Numbered from the whole stretch's first letter, positions 40,069 to 53,592 are shown. The stretch: 63,796 nucleotides of DNA, filler included, from Octopus bimaculoides (GCF_001194135.2; 4 parts of 4 records of this genome joined end to end with filler, not necessarily neighbours in it); one strand, 5' to 3'. Numbers and translations: made by a program. Notes: generated by a model from the letters alone, not told the origin.

Positions 40069-40260
40069 AACACACGTTATTGTGTAAATACTTACGAAGA
40101 GAAGTTTGTATGTATTCTTACCTGCGTTTTGTAGCTCAACTTTCCCATAATATGGTATGTTACCTTCGTATAAGCGGTAATTAATTACATGTCGGGCTGT
40201 CCACTAGGGTCACCATGTTTTATGTATGTATGTAAGCATGTTTGTATGCTTGTATTTGTG

Positions 40261-40291
<31 letters not shown>

Positions 40292-40519
40292 CCATATACG
40301 GGGTGCGGGGAATAAATTGTCGTCTAAATTACGCAAAAATGAAAATAACACTAACAACTCATTTTAACAGATATATTTACTTATATTACATAAAAATCGC
40401 CAGACCACTTCGGAATCTCCTGCAACTGTTCTGGATGGTGTCCTAGTTTAATCTTGTGGATGCTGCCATAATCCTTGCCTTGAGTTAATTCTTTGGTGTT
40501 ACAAGAAGTTTTGTTGGTC

Positions 40520-40840
40520 TATCGCTCAACTGGTACTTATTTTAACGACTTTCAAAAGAATAATGAAAAGTAAAATCGACCTCTGCGGAATTTGAACTTA
40601 TAGAGAGACGAAACCCTGCTAAGCGTTATTGTCCGTTGTGCTACCGATTATGCCAGCTTGCCAACACGGCTTAATCGTAATTATTAACAGTAATTATTTC
40701 TACTGTAAATACAAGGTCTGAAATTTTGGTGGGAGGAAGCCAGTCGATTACATCGACCCAAGTACTCAACTGGTATTTATTTTATCGACTTTGAATGGGT
40801 GAAAAGTAAAGTAGACCTCAACAGATTTTGAACTCGGAAT
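40520..40840 (-). mobile_element. Two SINE B copies (40520-40670 and 40700-40840)
   Basis: gtactcaactggtacttatttt..aaagtcgacctc..gaatttgaact reverse-complement cores. Confidence 0.8.
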
Positions 40841-41514
40841 TCCGTCGAGGTGAACTTTTAAGTATTTCTCAAATACAACGGAATAAATTGCGCAATAAAT
40901 TTGAACGTAATATCTCGTTAAATCCAATTCAGAGAGATGCAATTAAATATAATAATTCCTATTTTTAATGTTAATTTGAATCATTTAATAACATTTTGCT
41001 GCAATTTTGGTACCCGATAAATTGGTTTGTAAAGTCACGACATTCCGGTTTTGCTCACTATCTGAGTAATTTTCAAATGAGTAATTTTCAAATAGCATTT
41101 TTTTGTTGTTTTTATGTGGCTGTTTATCAAATACAAATTTCTATACAGGAAGGAGCCTTATTTTTATGCCATTTCATCTGCAAAATATTACCGACCGATG
41201 TGATGTAAATATAATTTACATTACAAGTGAATTTAATAGGCGGAAACTACACGGCAGCCCTTCGTGTGTGTTAAAGTTTGTGTGTATGTATGTGTTTGAA
41301 TATATCTAAATATATATGAGTGTGAGTATGCATGTGTGCATGTGTGTACGTTTGTGTTTGTCTTTCACTGCGACACTACCAGTGTTGGGTTGTTTGCCTC
41401 CCTGTAATCATACAGCTGGTTCCTCATTCCAGATATTTGCGTAGACGAGAACCTCATCCTAGAAATTTCATAGAAATTACTAAAGAAGATGAGCTTCAAT
41501 TTTTCTAAAAAAAG

Positions 41515-41690
41515 CCAATAATTTTCAGGGAGGGGACAAATCAATTACATCGACTCCAGTACTCAACTGGTATTTTATCAACTCTGAAAGGATGAAAACT
41601 AAAGTCGGCCTAGGAGAAATATGAACTCAGTACATAATAGATCTAAAGAAATGCTGCAAAACATTTCGTTCGATGCGTTAAGGATTCTGC
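41515..41690 (-). mobile_element. SINE family B, diverged
   Basis: attacatcgactccagtactcaactgg..gaaaggatgaaa. Confidence 0.8.
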
Positions 41691-42683
41691 TAAAACTTAC
41701 AGAATGAAATTATATTGGACCTTGGCACATCCTCGGTCAGGTTTCTACTTATTGGGAACACGATGTCTTATGCATATCCTAATTCAACAAAGATTTATTT
41801 ATTAGAAATGTGTAGAATGTGTTGTATCATTCAAATATGTTTCTAACAAAACTCACCCACCCACAAACCCTCTGAACACTCAGTGACCGTTGTAAAACAC
41901 CCATTTGATATTTGTCGCTCTCTTGTGAGCTCACAAAGTCCTCGAAGATACTATGGTAACCGGATAAAGAACCAAAGGGGAGTTTTTGCATCAGAATCTG
42001 TTTTAGCTGTTTCACATCACTTGCAGTTGAAGACCTCTGTACATTGCAGGCGTTTTCCTGCCATTCCTTGCACCACATTTTTCCTTTACCAGAAAATACT
42101 AAAATTCACGTCTCTTTAATACTCTCCACATCGGTGTCTTCCATGCAAGACCGTTCTCTTAGTCTTTGGTATTTTTTCCAAAATTCCATATTTTATATTT
42201 TCATTCATAGAACCATCCATCCAGTTTTCTTCCTTGCACTCATTCATTAAAATCATTTATTCTTTAACTGATTCATTGCTTCCTTCTTTATCTCCTCCTT
42301 TCTTTTTTTAATTAATGCATGAATCTCCTTCCTTTCCTCAACCTCAATATTTGAAAGTAAACAAAAATATAAATATCAAACAATATATGTCTTTCAGTCA
42401 CAGTCACTCTTTTATAATTGTCTTATGTTTCATTCTTTAGTTTTTCTGTTTCTTGTAGGTTTTCTATTTTACATTTTTATTTCCTTCTCTTTATTTATTT
42501 ATATGTATTCGCTTTGGTAATGTGAAACTCGAACTAGGACAAATTCGACAAAACACTATTTTCGTTTAGCTTCAAAAATGATTCGCAACACTGCTTACAA
42601 AGAATGTTATTAGGAGAAACAAAAGCTATCACCAAAAGAAAGTGTGTGCGTGCGTGCTTGTGTGTGTCAGAAAGAGAGAGAGA

Positions 42684-42745
<62 letters not shown>

Positions 42746-42959
42746 CAGCAGATATAAAGATACAAAAATGCAAAAAGAAACAAAACAAATGCAAATACAA
42801 TATCAACAAAATAAAACAGACAAGTAAACCAAATAGGAATGGTAAAAAGAAACTGCAACACAGGAACAGAGTCATGGTTGGGCTTATGATTTCGCCTCAA
42901 GGGTGAGTGAGTGTGAAAGGATAGAAGTGAATGCAAAACTAGTAAAAATGTTGGTAAGC

Positions 42960-42987
42960 CTTAATAATAATAATAATAATAATAATC

Positions 42988-43033
<46 letters not shown>

Positions 43034-43065
43034 TAAGAATAATAAAAATAAGAATAATGATAATA

Positions 43066-43103
<38 letters not shown>

Positions 43104-43216
43104 TAATAATAATGATAATAAATAATAATAACGATAATAATAATAATAATAATAATAATACAAATAATAATAATGATAATAAATAATAATAATAATAATA
43201 ATAAATAATTATAATG

Positions 43217-43247
<31 letters not shown>

Positions 43248-43299
43248 TAATAAATAATAATAATAATAATAATAAATAATAATAATAATAATAAATAAT

Positions 43300-43334
<35 letters not shown>

Positions 43335-43395
43335 TAATAATAATGATAATAATAATAATGATAATAATAATAATGATAATAATAATAATGATAAT

Positions 43396-43426
<31 letters not shown>

Positions 43427-43430
43427 TAAT
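42960..43430. repeat. ~470-bp imperfect (AAT)n array
   Basis: Directly visible. Confidence 0.97.
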
Positions 43431-43804
43431 AATAATATAAACATCAAAAATATTTACCAAAAAGATAAAAAAAGAGCGAGGACTAAAAGATGGTGGGGAG
43501 AAGGGGGGGGGGAAGAGAAAGAGGAAGAACATGAATAGAGGAATGACTCCACTATGGTCCAATGTTGTGAGATGTGGGGTAGAATGTACTGGAAATATTG
43601 AGTCTATTCCGAGAGCCAATTCGTATACGGTTCAACGACGGCTGAACCTAAACAGAGCAAATCATACGTGAAGTAAAAAAATAATGTGCGTACGTGTGCA
43701 TATAGTTACACATAAATGCATGCATACACGCACGTACACACACACACATATGTATATATGTAAGTATGTATGTATGCTTGCATGTATTCATGCATGTATG
43801 TATG

Positions 43805-43854
<50 letters not shown>

Positions 43855-44004
43855 TACATATGTGTGTATTTGTATGTATTGTGTGTGTGTATAATTAGAT
43901 TTATTCGTATTTTTATTTGTGAACAATCACTAAACTGGAACTACATACATACACACACACACATACATACATACACACATACATACATACACACACACAC
44001 ACAT

Positions 44005-44037
<33 letters not shown>

Positions 44038-44106
44038 TACATACATACATACATACATACACACACACATACATACATACATACACACATACATACACAC
44101 ATACAT

Positions 44107-44139
<33 letters not shown>

Positions 44140-44472
44140 TACATACATACATACATACATACATACATACACACACACANNNNNNNNNNNNNNNNNNNNN
44201 NNNNNNNNNNNNNNNNNNNNNNNNNNNNNNNNNNNNNNNNNNNNNNNNNNNNNNNNNNNNNNNNNNNNNNNNNNNNNNNNNNNNNNNNNNNNNNNNNNNN
44301 NNNNNNNNNNNNNNNNNNNNNNNNNNNNNNNNNNNNNNNNNNNNNNNNNNNNNNNNNNNNNNNNNNNNNNNNNNNNNNNNNNTTTTTATGCATTTGTGTA
44401 CATTTAAACTAATTAAATATTATTTTACAGAATAACAGAATTAAAATTTCTTTGATTAAAACCCTTACAAAC

Positions 44473-45102
44473 ATGGAAGTATTCAAAGAACATTTAAGGT
44501 ACATAATGCTTTATGAGTACGAAAAAGAAAACTCTACGGTCGAAGCGACTCGAAACATACACTCCGTTTATGGGAAAGAATGCTTGAATGAAAGAACTTG
44601 CAGAAGATGGTTTGCAAAATTCAGAAGTGGAGATTTCAGCCTTGAAGATGAAGATCGAACAGGATGTCCAGTTGAGTTTGATGATAAGCTCCTTGAGGCA
44701 TTACATGAAGAAAATCCTGCATTATCAATTGAAGAATTGGCGATAGAGCTTAATTCAAACCATACAACTGTTCATTGTCATCTTCAACAACTGGGAAAAT
44801 TTCCTAAACTTGGAAAATGGGTGCCTCATGAATTGTCCAAAAGCAACTGCAAATCCCGAGTTGACATCTGCTCTTCTCTCCATTCTCGCGAACTCCTTTC
44901 ACCCTTTCTGGATAGACTTGTGACTGGTGACAAAAAATGGATCTGCTATCGAAATGTTAGACGTCGTAAACAGTGGCTTGGTAAAAGGGAAAACACTCAA
45001 CCACAACCGAGAAGGGAACTTCATGGGAAAAAAGTTCCCCTCTCTATCTGGTGGGATTGCAAAGGAATAATTCACTTTGAATTGTTACCACCAAATGACT
45101 GA
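44473..45102 (+). mobile_element. Mariner transposase, N-terminal 209 codons intact, 3'-truncated
   Basis: MEVFKEHLRYIMLYEY, HTH RTCRRWFAKFRSGDFSLED, WVPHEL, VTGDKKW (first catalytic D), IWWDCKGIIHFELL; the YSPDL-type motif and distal D residues are missing. Confidence 0.93.
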
Positions 45103-45619
45103 AACAAGTAAAAGAACACACATATATACAGGTATATTTTCTATTTAATTACAATTATCATCCGAAAGAAATTACAAAAATTCTCTAGAAATCCTGAATT
45201 TCAAATCAATTGTTTTCTCAACGGGGCAAGAGAAACATGAAATTGTAATGGCATGTGACTGCAAACAAGAGGTGGAAATCGTACAGTTATCTTTCACACA
45301 GTTAATAGTTCGTGTATACGGTGTTATCTCAGCTGCTAATACTAACTTGCATAAGGTTTTATGTACTTCTTTCACATGTTCTTTAACCACGTGCATTTTT
45401 ATAATTATTCGTCGTATTTAGTATCATCCCCTGAATAAGTAAAATGTCATTTTATGGCCTTTTATTGCTTTTGTTGTACAATGTAGTATTTGCTTTGCCT
45501 GTACTTATTTAAAGTATTTAAATAATATTTGACCATAATACAAACACTTTTATTATTTTGACAACTGTTGTGTTTGTTGTTTGTTCCCTCAGTTATTACT
45601 TACGATTTATTGTTTCCCA

Positions 45620-46800
45620 GACCAAAAAAATGACACCGTAAACTGCACAGAGAAAATGCTGAAACACAAATATAAAACTCGCTGTATAGTTGCAGAGCAA
45701 ACTCCCTTGGTTTAATAGAGGTGGATGAGAAGCACAGTGTTTTGTGTGCAAACCAGGAATGTATATATGCGAGAAAATATATGAGGTAAATACAGTTATT
45801 AATGATTTGTTAACTTACGTGAAATCATTCAAACACAAGAGAGCAGTTCAAAAAGAGAGCTCATCTCTGAAAAGTGTTTTTTAAAGTCAAATCAAGTAGT
45901 AAAACTGAAGATATCACTGCAGCAGAAGGTACTGATGCGTTTAACACTATTAATCATCACAATAACGTCCATGAACTGTCATTGTGGTTTAGTTCCAGAT
46001 TGCCTAGATTGAACAAATCTATGATCGAGGGCATTCCCACTATAAGCATTTGTTCTTTCACGATGTACAAAGAGCCAAGGAACACAATATTAAATGAGCC
46101 TTTTTCTAAGACAACAGGTTGAAATTTTAAGGACGTTTATTTTTGCTACTATTGTTAAGAGGTCGATCAAACATATGGAGGATCCCCTAATTATATTGCA
46201 TTCTGTTGCGGATTCTTTGTAAAATTTTGAAGAAAATGAGATTCCATAATGTGAAATTCCTACAAAATTCAATAAAGCTATTTCCTGTAATTATTCATAA
46301 TTGTTCATACCTTGACTGAAAAGAATGGTGGTCGGCAGTAAAAATTGATTGAGTTACAGAACACACTTAATGAGACTGGAGACGTAATGCCTAATTATTT
46401 GAACGAAAATCTGTAGGAAAACGATCTTTTTCAGAAATGTGTATTATCCACAAGTGGCAATATGATGTCTGGGGGACCCAGGTGTAATGAAACACAGTAA
46501 TGATGTTTGCAAGGTAGAAGAGAATGTTTTAAAAGAGATCATTAATAAGACTGGACTGCCGAACACTTCTTCTAAACAACTGTGTCTATATAGCAGCAGA
46601 AAATGGATAATGGTTTTCTAAAAATTCTGAATATTTTCATATCTCCACAGATCAAATTCAGTACGTTTCTTGTAGAAAATACTCACTAGTTGTCATTATT
46701 GCCAGTCTGTTGAACGTACGATCATCAGATGTGAGTGTTTAAGATTTAGAATGAGCACAGCTAGGAAAGGTACGGAGAGAGTGAATCCTGTACGCAAAGG
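45620..46800 (+). mobile_element. Degenerate hAT transposase pseudogene
   Basis: EAQCFVCKPG zinc-finger-like start, TAAEGTDAFNTINHH, DCRTLLLNNCVYIAAE (CxxH-derived segment), LSLLPV (RW-motif region); many stops and frameshifts. Confidence 0.75.
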
Positions 46801-47263
46801 CCTTCGAGGAAGTGAACAAAAATATTAAAATCTCATCAAGAAGTAATTGTCAATTATTATGTGGTGAGATACAGTAAGTTAATGTTAATGACCAACGAAA
46901 GTGGACAGAAAAATAGAAAGAAAAGAGAAAAGAAATGAAGAGAAAGGAGTACAAGTAAAATAAGGAGGAAGAAAAGCTGAGAGGGTGGAAGGGAGAGAGA
47001 TGAAGGTAAGGAAGAAATGATTGAGTGAAAGAATGGGTGCATGAAAGAATGAAGAATGAGGACGAGTCTGAGAAGCGAAAGGAAGAAAAGGAACGTTGAT
47101 GCCCCACTCACTAGGTTGACTTGTGCGAGACTTGGAATTATGTGAAATCACTTGTTTGTATGATCCTTATTTAAGTACGCATCCTTTGTATTCCGTGTAC
47201 GTGAGTGTCCATTTTCCACTGTGAGTCACAAACGATCACGTATACATATACATACATGCAGAG

Positions 47264-47322
<59 letters not shown>

Positions 47323-48062
47323 NNNNNNNNNNNNNNNNNNNNNNNNNNNNNNNNNNNNNNNNNNNNNNNNNNNNNNNNNNNNNNNNNNNNNNNNNNNNNN
47401 NNNNNNNNNNNNNNNNNNNNNNNNNNNNNNNNNNNNNNNNNNNNNNNNNNNNNNNNNNNNNNNNNNNNNNNNNNNNNNNNNNNNNNNNNNNNNNNNNNNN
47501 NNNNNNNNNNNNNNNNNNNNNNNNNNNNNNNNNNNNNNNNNNNNNNNNNNNNNNNNNNNNNNNNNNNNNNNNNNNNNNNNNNNNNNNNNNNNNNNNNNNN
47601 NNNNNNNNNNNNNNNNNNNNNNNNNNNNNNNNNNNNNNNNNNNNNNNNNNNNNNNNNNNNNNNNNNNNNNNNNNNNNNNNNNNNNNNNNNNNNNNNNNNN
47701 NNNNNNNNNNNNNNNNNNNNNNNNNNNNNNNNNNNNNNNNNNNNNNNNNNNNNNNNNNNNNNNNNNNNNNNNNNNNNNNNNNNNNNNNNNNNNNNNNNNN
47801 NNNNNNNNNNNNNNNNNNNNNNNNNNNNNNNNNNNNNNNNNNNNNNNNNNNNNNNNNNNNNNNNNNNNNNNNNNNNNNNNNNNNNNNNNNNNNNNNNNNN
47901 NNNNNNNNNNNNNNNNNNNNNNNNNNNNNNNNNNNNNNNNNNNNNNNNNNNNNNNNNNNNNNNNNNNNNNNNNNNNNNNNNNNNNNNNNNNNNNNNNNNN
48001 NNNNNNNNNNNNNNNNNNNNNNNNNNNNNNNNNNNNNNNNNNNNNNNNNNNNNNNNNNNNNN

Positions 48063-48124
<62 letters not shown>

Positions 48125-48314
48125 TTGTAAAGCAAATATTTGTTCCTAAAGTTATCCGAATGGATTAGCACTTAACTCAAGCTACGAACAAATTCAGCCA
48201 CACCGATTCAGCAAACACTGCACCCAGTAAAACTACACAAGCCATACATGGAGTATTGCATGATTGAAATGCACTCTGATTAAAGATTTAATGAATGTAT
48301 CATAAAGACTTCGT

Positions 48315-48392
48315 AAAACAGAATACAAAACACAATACAAAACAGAATACAAAACACAATACAAAACAGAATACAAAAACAGAATACAAAAT
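48315..48392. repeat. 12-bp minisatellite with alternating aaaacagaatac / aaaacacaatac units
   Basis: Six units directly visible. Confidence 0.95.
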
Positions 48393-49083
48393 CTATGCTG
48401 TCAGGTTTTGTCGGCTGAAATGATGTGTTAAGTATTTTTACGTTATCAAAATAATCTTATATAAGCAATATGCTACTTAGACTGCATTTTGATCAATAAA
48501 TAATTTAACTTTATAACTCTATCTTTAGTGTTGAGTACTCTCTCTTCCCTACATACATACATATATACATACATATATGCGACTCCAGATCATCAGCGTC
48601 ACTCGGGCTCATCACAGATTTCGCATAAGACACATGCCTGCTCGAAGAATTTTACGTTTTTCCGCAACATTTCTAGCCCCAAATGACTTATTTTGTTATG
48701 TCTTTCTCCATTTCTAAGTTAAGGGTAAAAATAAAGCAACCCTGCAAAGAGCAACTGATCTTTACAAACATATACACAGGATAACGGCAATCAAATGACA
48801 GCGGAATGCGCAATAAACATCAGTGATTTGACTGTCACCTCTACTCTTGACAAGAGATGCCAGTTAGTCTTTTACACCTACCAAGCTTTGTTCGTATCAG
48901 TCCGAGTTGCTGGATAATTTTTCGCCCCTTTAAGAATATTGTAGAACAGAAACTTTTCATAGATTGAATTTAAATCCTAATCTCTACAGAAATTTATTGT
49001 TTCAAGAAAAAATTGAATTTGAATTACTTCTAATTTTTACGATTATAGATAACTTATATACATATACATACATACATACATAT

Positions 49084-49120
<37 letters not shown>

Positions 49121-49222
49121 CANNNNNNNNNNNNNNNNNNNNNNNNNNNNNNNNNNNNNNNNNNNNTTAATTAATTAANNNNNNNNNNNNNNNNNNNNNN
49201 NNNNNNNNNNNNNNNNNNNNNN

Positions 49223-49492
49223 ATAGTGCCTTAGGTATAATAAAAAAATATTCAGACAAATACATAACAAAAATAGCAGGACTTACAAATATATGTAACA
49301 TACAGAAAATTGCACTACTGGGTACTGCACACATTCTACGCAAAACACTTTCAATACAGTAAACATAAGAGCACCACAGCAAACCACAGCACATACCCAA
49401 GGCGCACAGAGCTGCGCTCGGTAGTGAAGTGAAAGCACGTTATAAAAATAAAACTACTGAATAATAATAATAATAATAATAACAATAATAAA
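49223..49492 (+). mobile_element. 3' end of an R4/Dong-like LINE with an (AAT)n tail
   Basis: ALGIIKKYSDKYITKIAGLTNICNIQKIALLGTAHILRKTLSIQ* (49225-49362), 3' UTR, (AAT)n from 49460. Confidence 0.85.
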
Positions 49493-49556
49493 CGAAAAAA
49501 CAAAATTTACCACTCTTATGAAAGGAGATAAATTCTACCACATATGTTAAAGGAAA

Positions 49557-51238
49557 TTATGTAAGAGCTGGGTAAACAACATTCTTTCGTTTTCTGGTTT
49601 GGAGCATAGACAAATAAGTCTTGCAAATTACCTACCCTGGAGCAACCAACCAAGTTGACCATAAGAAAAGCAGGCCAGTAGATTTCAAAGACTGACCTTG
49701 ACCTTTATGAATAGACATTGCTAAGTGAAGTCGCACTGGGAATTGTGTTCGTTTTAACTGAAAGGGCATGTTTGTTGATTTGATTGTAATTCTTGGAACG
49801 AAAGCCTCTTCCACAGAGGAACATCCAGTGATGATGGTAGCTTCTGTCACATTAGGTGATAATGTCTTCCCGATCAACCTTGTCCCATCGCATAATTTAG
49901 GAGGATCTAAATTTCTTAGAAGCATTACTGGGAATCCTACCTTCAGAAAATTTTATGTGGTAGAATAGCAGGTGGCTCCAGAAAATTAATGAACTCTGTT
50001 GGGTAATGGGCAGCTTGATTTTCATTAAGGACTTAATCAACTGATTTCTACTTCTTATTGACTGTTGGAATCTTATTCATTAATTCATGGTTAATTCTTG
50101 CTACTGTGTCATTTTTTTTTTTTTTTAGTATGAATTGCCCTTTCACACAACCATTTATGTGAATTATAATTATTGTTTAAGTCTGGCAATACCCTGTACT
50201 TCAATTCAGCTGTGGAATTCACCATGATAGCAATATGAGGCAAACTGAAATCACCATTCCATCAAATGGTACTTTCCTATTTCGTAATTGGAAGAGCCAG
50301 GTTGAAAACTGTTTCGCACATCGGTCCCCATGTAATGAAGCTTGTAGTATTGAAGGAGAATTTCATTACTTTATTCCATAGGTATGAAGACTTAATGCAT
50401 GCTTTTATTTTATCAGATCTTGTTCGTCTCAGAATGACTGGTAATGTCTGTCAGAAGTCTCCTGATAAAACTAATGTAACTCCTCCCGTAGATTTATTGT
50501 TGCCTCTGATGTCCTGTAAGGTCTTACCAAGAGCTTCCATTGCACCTTTATGTGACATGGTGCATTCATCCCAAATGATAAGGTGGCATTGGCACAGCAC
50601 TTCTGCTGAACCTGAATCTTTGCTTATATTACAAATTAGATTGTCATTTTTGACAAGGTTTAGTGGTAATTTAAAAGCAGAACAAGCTGTTCGTCCTCCT
50701 GGGAGAATGGTGGCAGCAAAGGCGGAAATTAATGAAGATACTCCTGTCAGTAAATTGTGAAATTACTTACATCAGTAATTGTGAACTTTTTTCTGTCAGT
50801 AATTTGTCGTTTGTTTGTAAATAGCGATTCAAAACTTAGACTTAAAGTGTAAACAATAACATGGAAGTGAAATAATGGCGTATGAAAATTGAAAGTGAAA
50901 AGAATAGCGTCTGAAAAATGAAAATGAAACCAAGAGATATAGATAGAGAGATATGTTACAGAGAGATAGAGATGGATAGAGAGATATACATAAAGAGATA
51001 TGTTACGTCACTGACGATAGGAAACCGGAAGTAAATATTTTAAAATCTTTAAAATACGTGAATATAATGCAAAAGCAAATTTTTTTATTTTTGATAATTT
51101 TTAGTAAAAAAAATCAAATGAAGACCCTATTATATGTCCGAGGTAAAATTATTCATGCATCAGAAGTATGGAAATAATTGATAAAGCCGTTTTCGCATTA
51201 AAAGTGAATACGCACACATCTCTGTTTTATATATTAGA
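49557..51238 (-). mobile_element. Helitron remnant: PIF1-family helicase pseudogene plus non-coding 5' arm
   Basis: GGRTACSAFKLPL, LIIWDECTM, MLLRNLDPPKLCDGTRL, QFPVRLHLAMSIHKGQGQSL, VGCSRVG..KNVVYPALT* (stop 49557-59); TC-start-like tctaatatataaaa at 51238. Confidence 0.88.
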
Positions 51239-51707
51239 CTAACTTTACCAATAAAATGATTTTAGATATAGAATAATTTCTAGTATAATGTAAGCGATAG
51301 AGATCGCATCAATTTTTTAAACAGAATCATTTTGCTAAATGTGTTGTGCCTCACATATATACATTCCAATATCGCATTGTGATTGTTGATTATTGATGTC
51401 TTATATGTCCTACTGGTTTCAATACTGTCGATGAATGCTTCAGGCAAATATTCATTTTTGTCATTCAGATTTAAGATGCATATAGACATAGTGAAACGTG
51501 GGCGAGTGTGGTGGAGAGGGAGGAAGAGAGAGAGAAAGAGGGGAGAGAGGGACTTTACAATTTACTGATTGAACACGATTGATATAAACTCTTTCCCTTT
51601 CCTCATACACATAAAGAGAAATATGCTCACAAGTATAAACAAAGAATAGTGAAGGGAGCAGGAGAGAAACGGGGGAACGAGAGAAACGGGAGAACGAGAG
51701 AAGCGTT

Positions 51708-51797
51708 AAAACGTCAAATGTCAAATAAGCCAACATCGAATCAGCAACGTCAAATAAGTGGCGCCATAACGGCTCTGCCAAAACGCTTCATACTCCG
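51708..51797 (+). mobile_element. Terminal segment of the same DNA transposon family as 36326-36436
   Basis: caaataagccaacatcgaatc..ggcgccataacggctctgccaaaacg..actccg. Confidence 0.55.
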
Positions 51798-52104
51798 AAA
51801 TCTTTCATCACACTCCTACAACTTAGCTGGTCACTGACACAACTCTACTGTATCCTGCGATATTTTGTAAGCCTCGAGGGATTTCTTTCTTTCGAGTATC
51901 AAACGTTCAAACAACAAGACAGTCGACTAACGGGTCCAAAGTTCAACAAAAAAGAGAAAGAGAACAACTGTTAAGATGTTCAACATTAAGTTGAATATCT
52001 TTGCAGAAAAGTGAAACAGATTCTATCAGTGGACCTATTACACATCTTTTTGATCTCAAACTTGGGCTTATAATGTTTTAACTTTAAGATTACACTCCAA
52101 GTTC

Positions 52105-52320
52105 AAGGCAGCAAGCTGTCAGAATCGTAAGCACATCGGGCAAAAAACTTAGCGGTATTTCATCTGTCTTTACGTTCTGAGTTCAAATTCCCCCGAGGTC
52201 GACTTTGCCTTTCATCCTTTCGGAGTTGATAAAATAAGTATCAGTTGAGTACTGAGGTCGACGTAATCGACTTACTCCGTCCCCTGAAGTTGTTGGCTTT
52301 ATGCCAAAATTTGAAACCAA
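52105..52320 (+). mobile_element. SINE family B, full length
   Basis: Head, B-box and gtcgactttgcctttcatcctttcgg core. Confidence 0.92.
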
Positions 52321-52943
52321 TATACTTCACGTTCTCGGCAACGCAGTATCGATATTCCTGAAATTTTGGATTTCCTTAAGTTCACTGCTGCTGAAAATGA
52401 ATTGGTCATAGCTATAGGTTTCTTACATTTCTTTTGTAATAACTATTGATTTATTACATNNNNNNNNNNNNNNNNNNNNNNNNNNNNNNNNNNNNNNNNN
52501 NNNNNNNNNNNNNNNNNNNNNNNNNNNNNNNNNNNNNNNNNNNNNNNNNNNNNNNNNNNNNNNNNNNNNNNNNNNNNNNNNNNNNNNNNNNNNNNNNNNN
52601 NNNNNNNNNNNNNNNNNNNNNNNNNNNNNNNNNNNNNNNNNNNNNNNNNNNNNNNNNNNNNNNNNNNNNNNNNNNNNNNNNNNNNNNNNNNNNNNNNNNN
52701 NNNNNNNNNNNNNNNNNNNNNNNNNNNNNNNNNNNNNNNNNNNNNNNNNNNNNNNNNNNNNNNNNNNNNNNNNNNNNNNNNNNNNNNNNNNNNNNNNNNN
52801 NNNNNNNNNNNNNNNNNNNNNNNNNNNNNNNNNNNNNNNNNNNNNNNNNNNNNNNNNNNNNNNNNNNNNNNNNNNNNNNNNNNNNNNNNNNNNNNNNNNN
52901 NNNNNNNNNNNNNNNNNNNNNNNNNNNNNNNNNNNNNNNNNNN

Positions 52944-53052
52944 CCATTCGGGGTCGATAGAATAAGTGACAGTTGAGCACTGGGGTCGATGTAATCGACT
53001 TACCCGCTCCCCACAAAAATTCAGGCCTTGTGCCTATAGTAGAAAGGATTAT
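52944..53052 (+). mobile_element. SINE family B 3' half (after a gap)
   Basis: ggggtcgat..gagcactggggtcgatgtaatcgact..ggccttgtgcctatag. Confidence 0.88.
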
Positions 53053-53557
53053 ACGTTCTCAATCGTTAAAAGTGATATTGTCATTTACTTTGGATTCTAG
53101 AAATCACAAATTGTCTTCTATACTTGACAGTTGCGAAAAACAAGTTTCGTTCCTTCATTGGCAAATAATTTATACACACACACACACACACACACACACG
53201 CACGCACGCACACGCACCCACGCACGCACGCACACACACACACACACATTCTCATATATTTGTGTGTGTGCGTGATCTGATGGGCAGCGAATCTCGTATA
53301 TTTATGTATGCTTGTGTCTGTACTTGTGCGCACATGTGTGTACGCATGAGGCGTGGTGGTGTCTGTGTGTGAGCGAGTTTGCTTGTGCATATAAATTAAT
53401 GCCAAATGGAGCAATGAAATGTATTTTTTCACTGGAATTCCAACCTACTTTGCTCAATTTCCTTTGTTATTGTTGTTGTTGATGTTCTTGTTGCTGGTGG
53501 TGGTGGTGATGGTGGCGATAGTGATGCGATAGTGTTGGTAAGCGTGAGTTAAAGTGA

Positions 53558-53592
<35 letters not shown>

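Noticed and set aside
44452-45102. SETMAR gene
   Set aside because: No SET domain or exon structure; it is a truncated mariner transposase.
49632-50760. Cellular PIF1 helicase gene
   Set aside because: Intronless and frameshifted, with a Helitron-type C-terminus and terminus.
51011-51030. CTGACGA-tag-GAAA hammerhead-like core
   Set aside because: Only 3 nt for stem II and no UH triplet or stem I; a chance match inside the Helitron arm.
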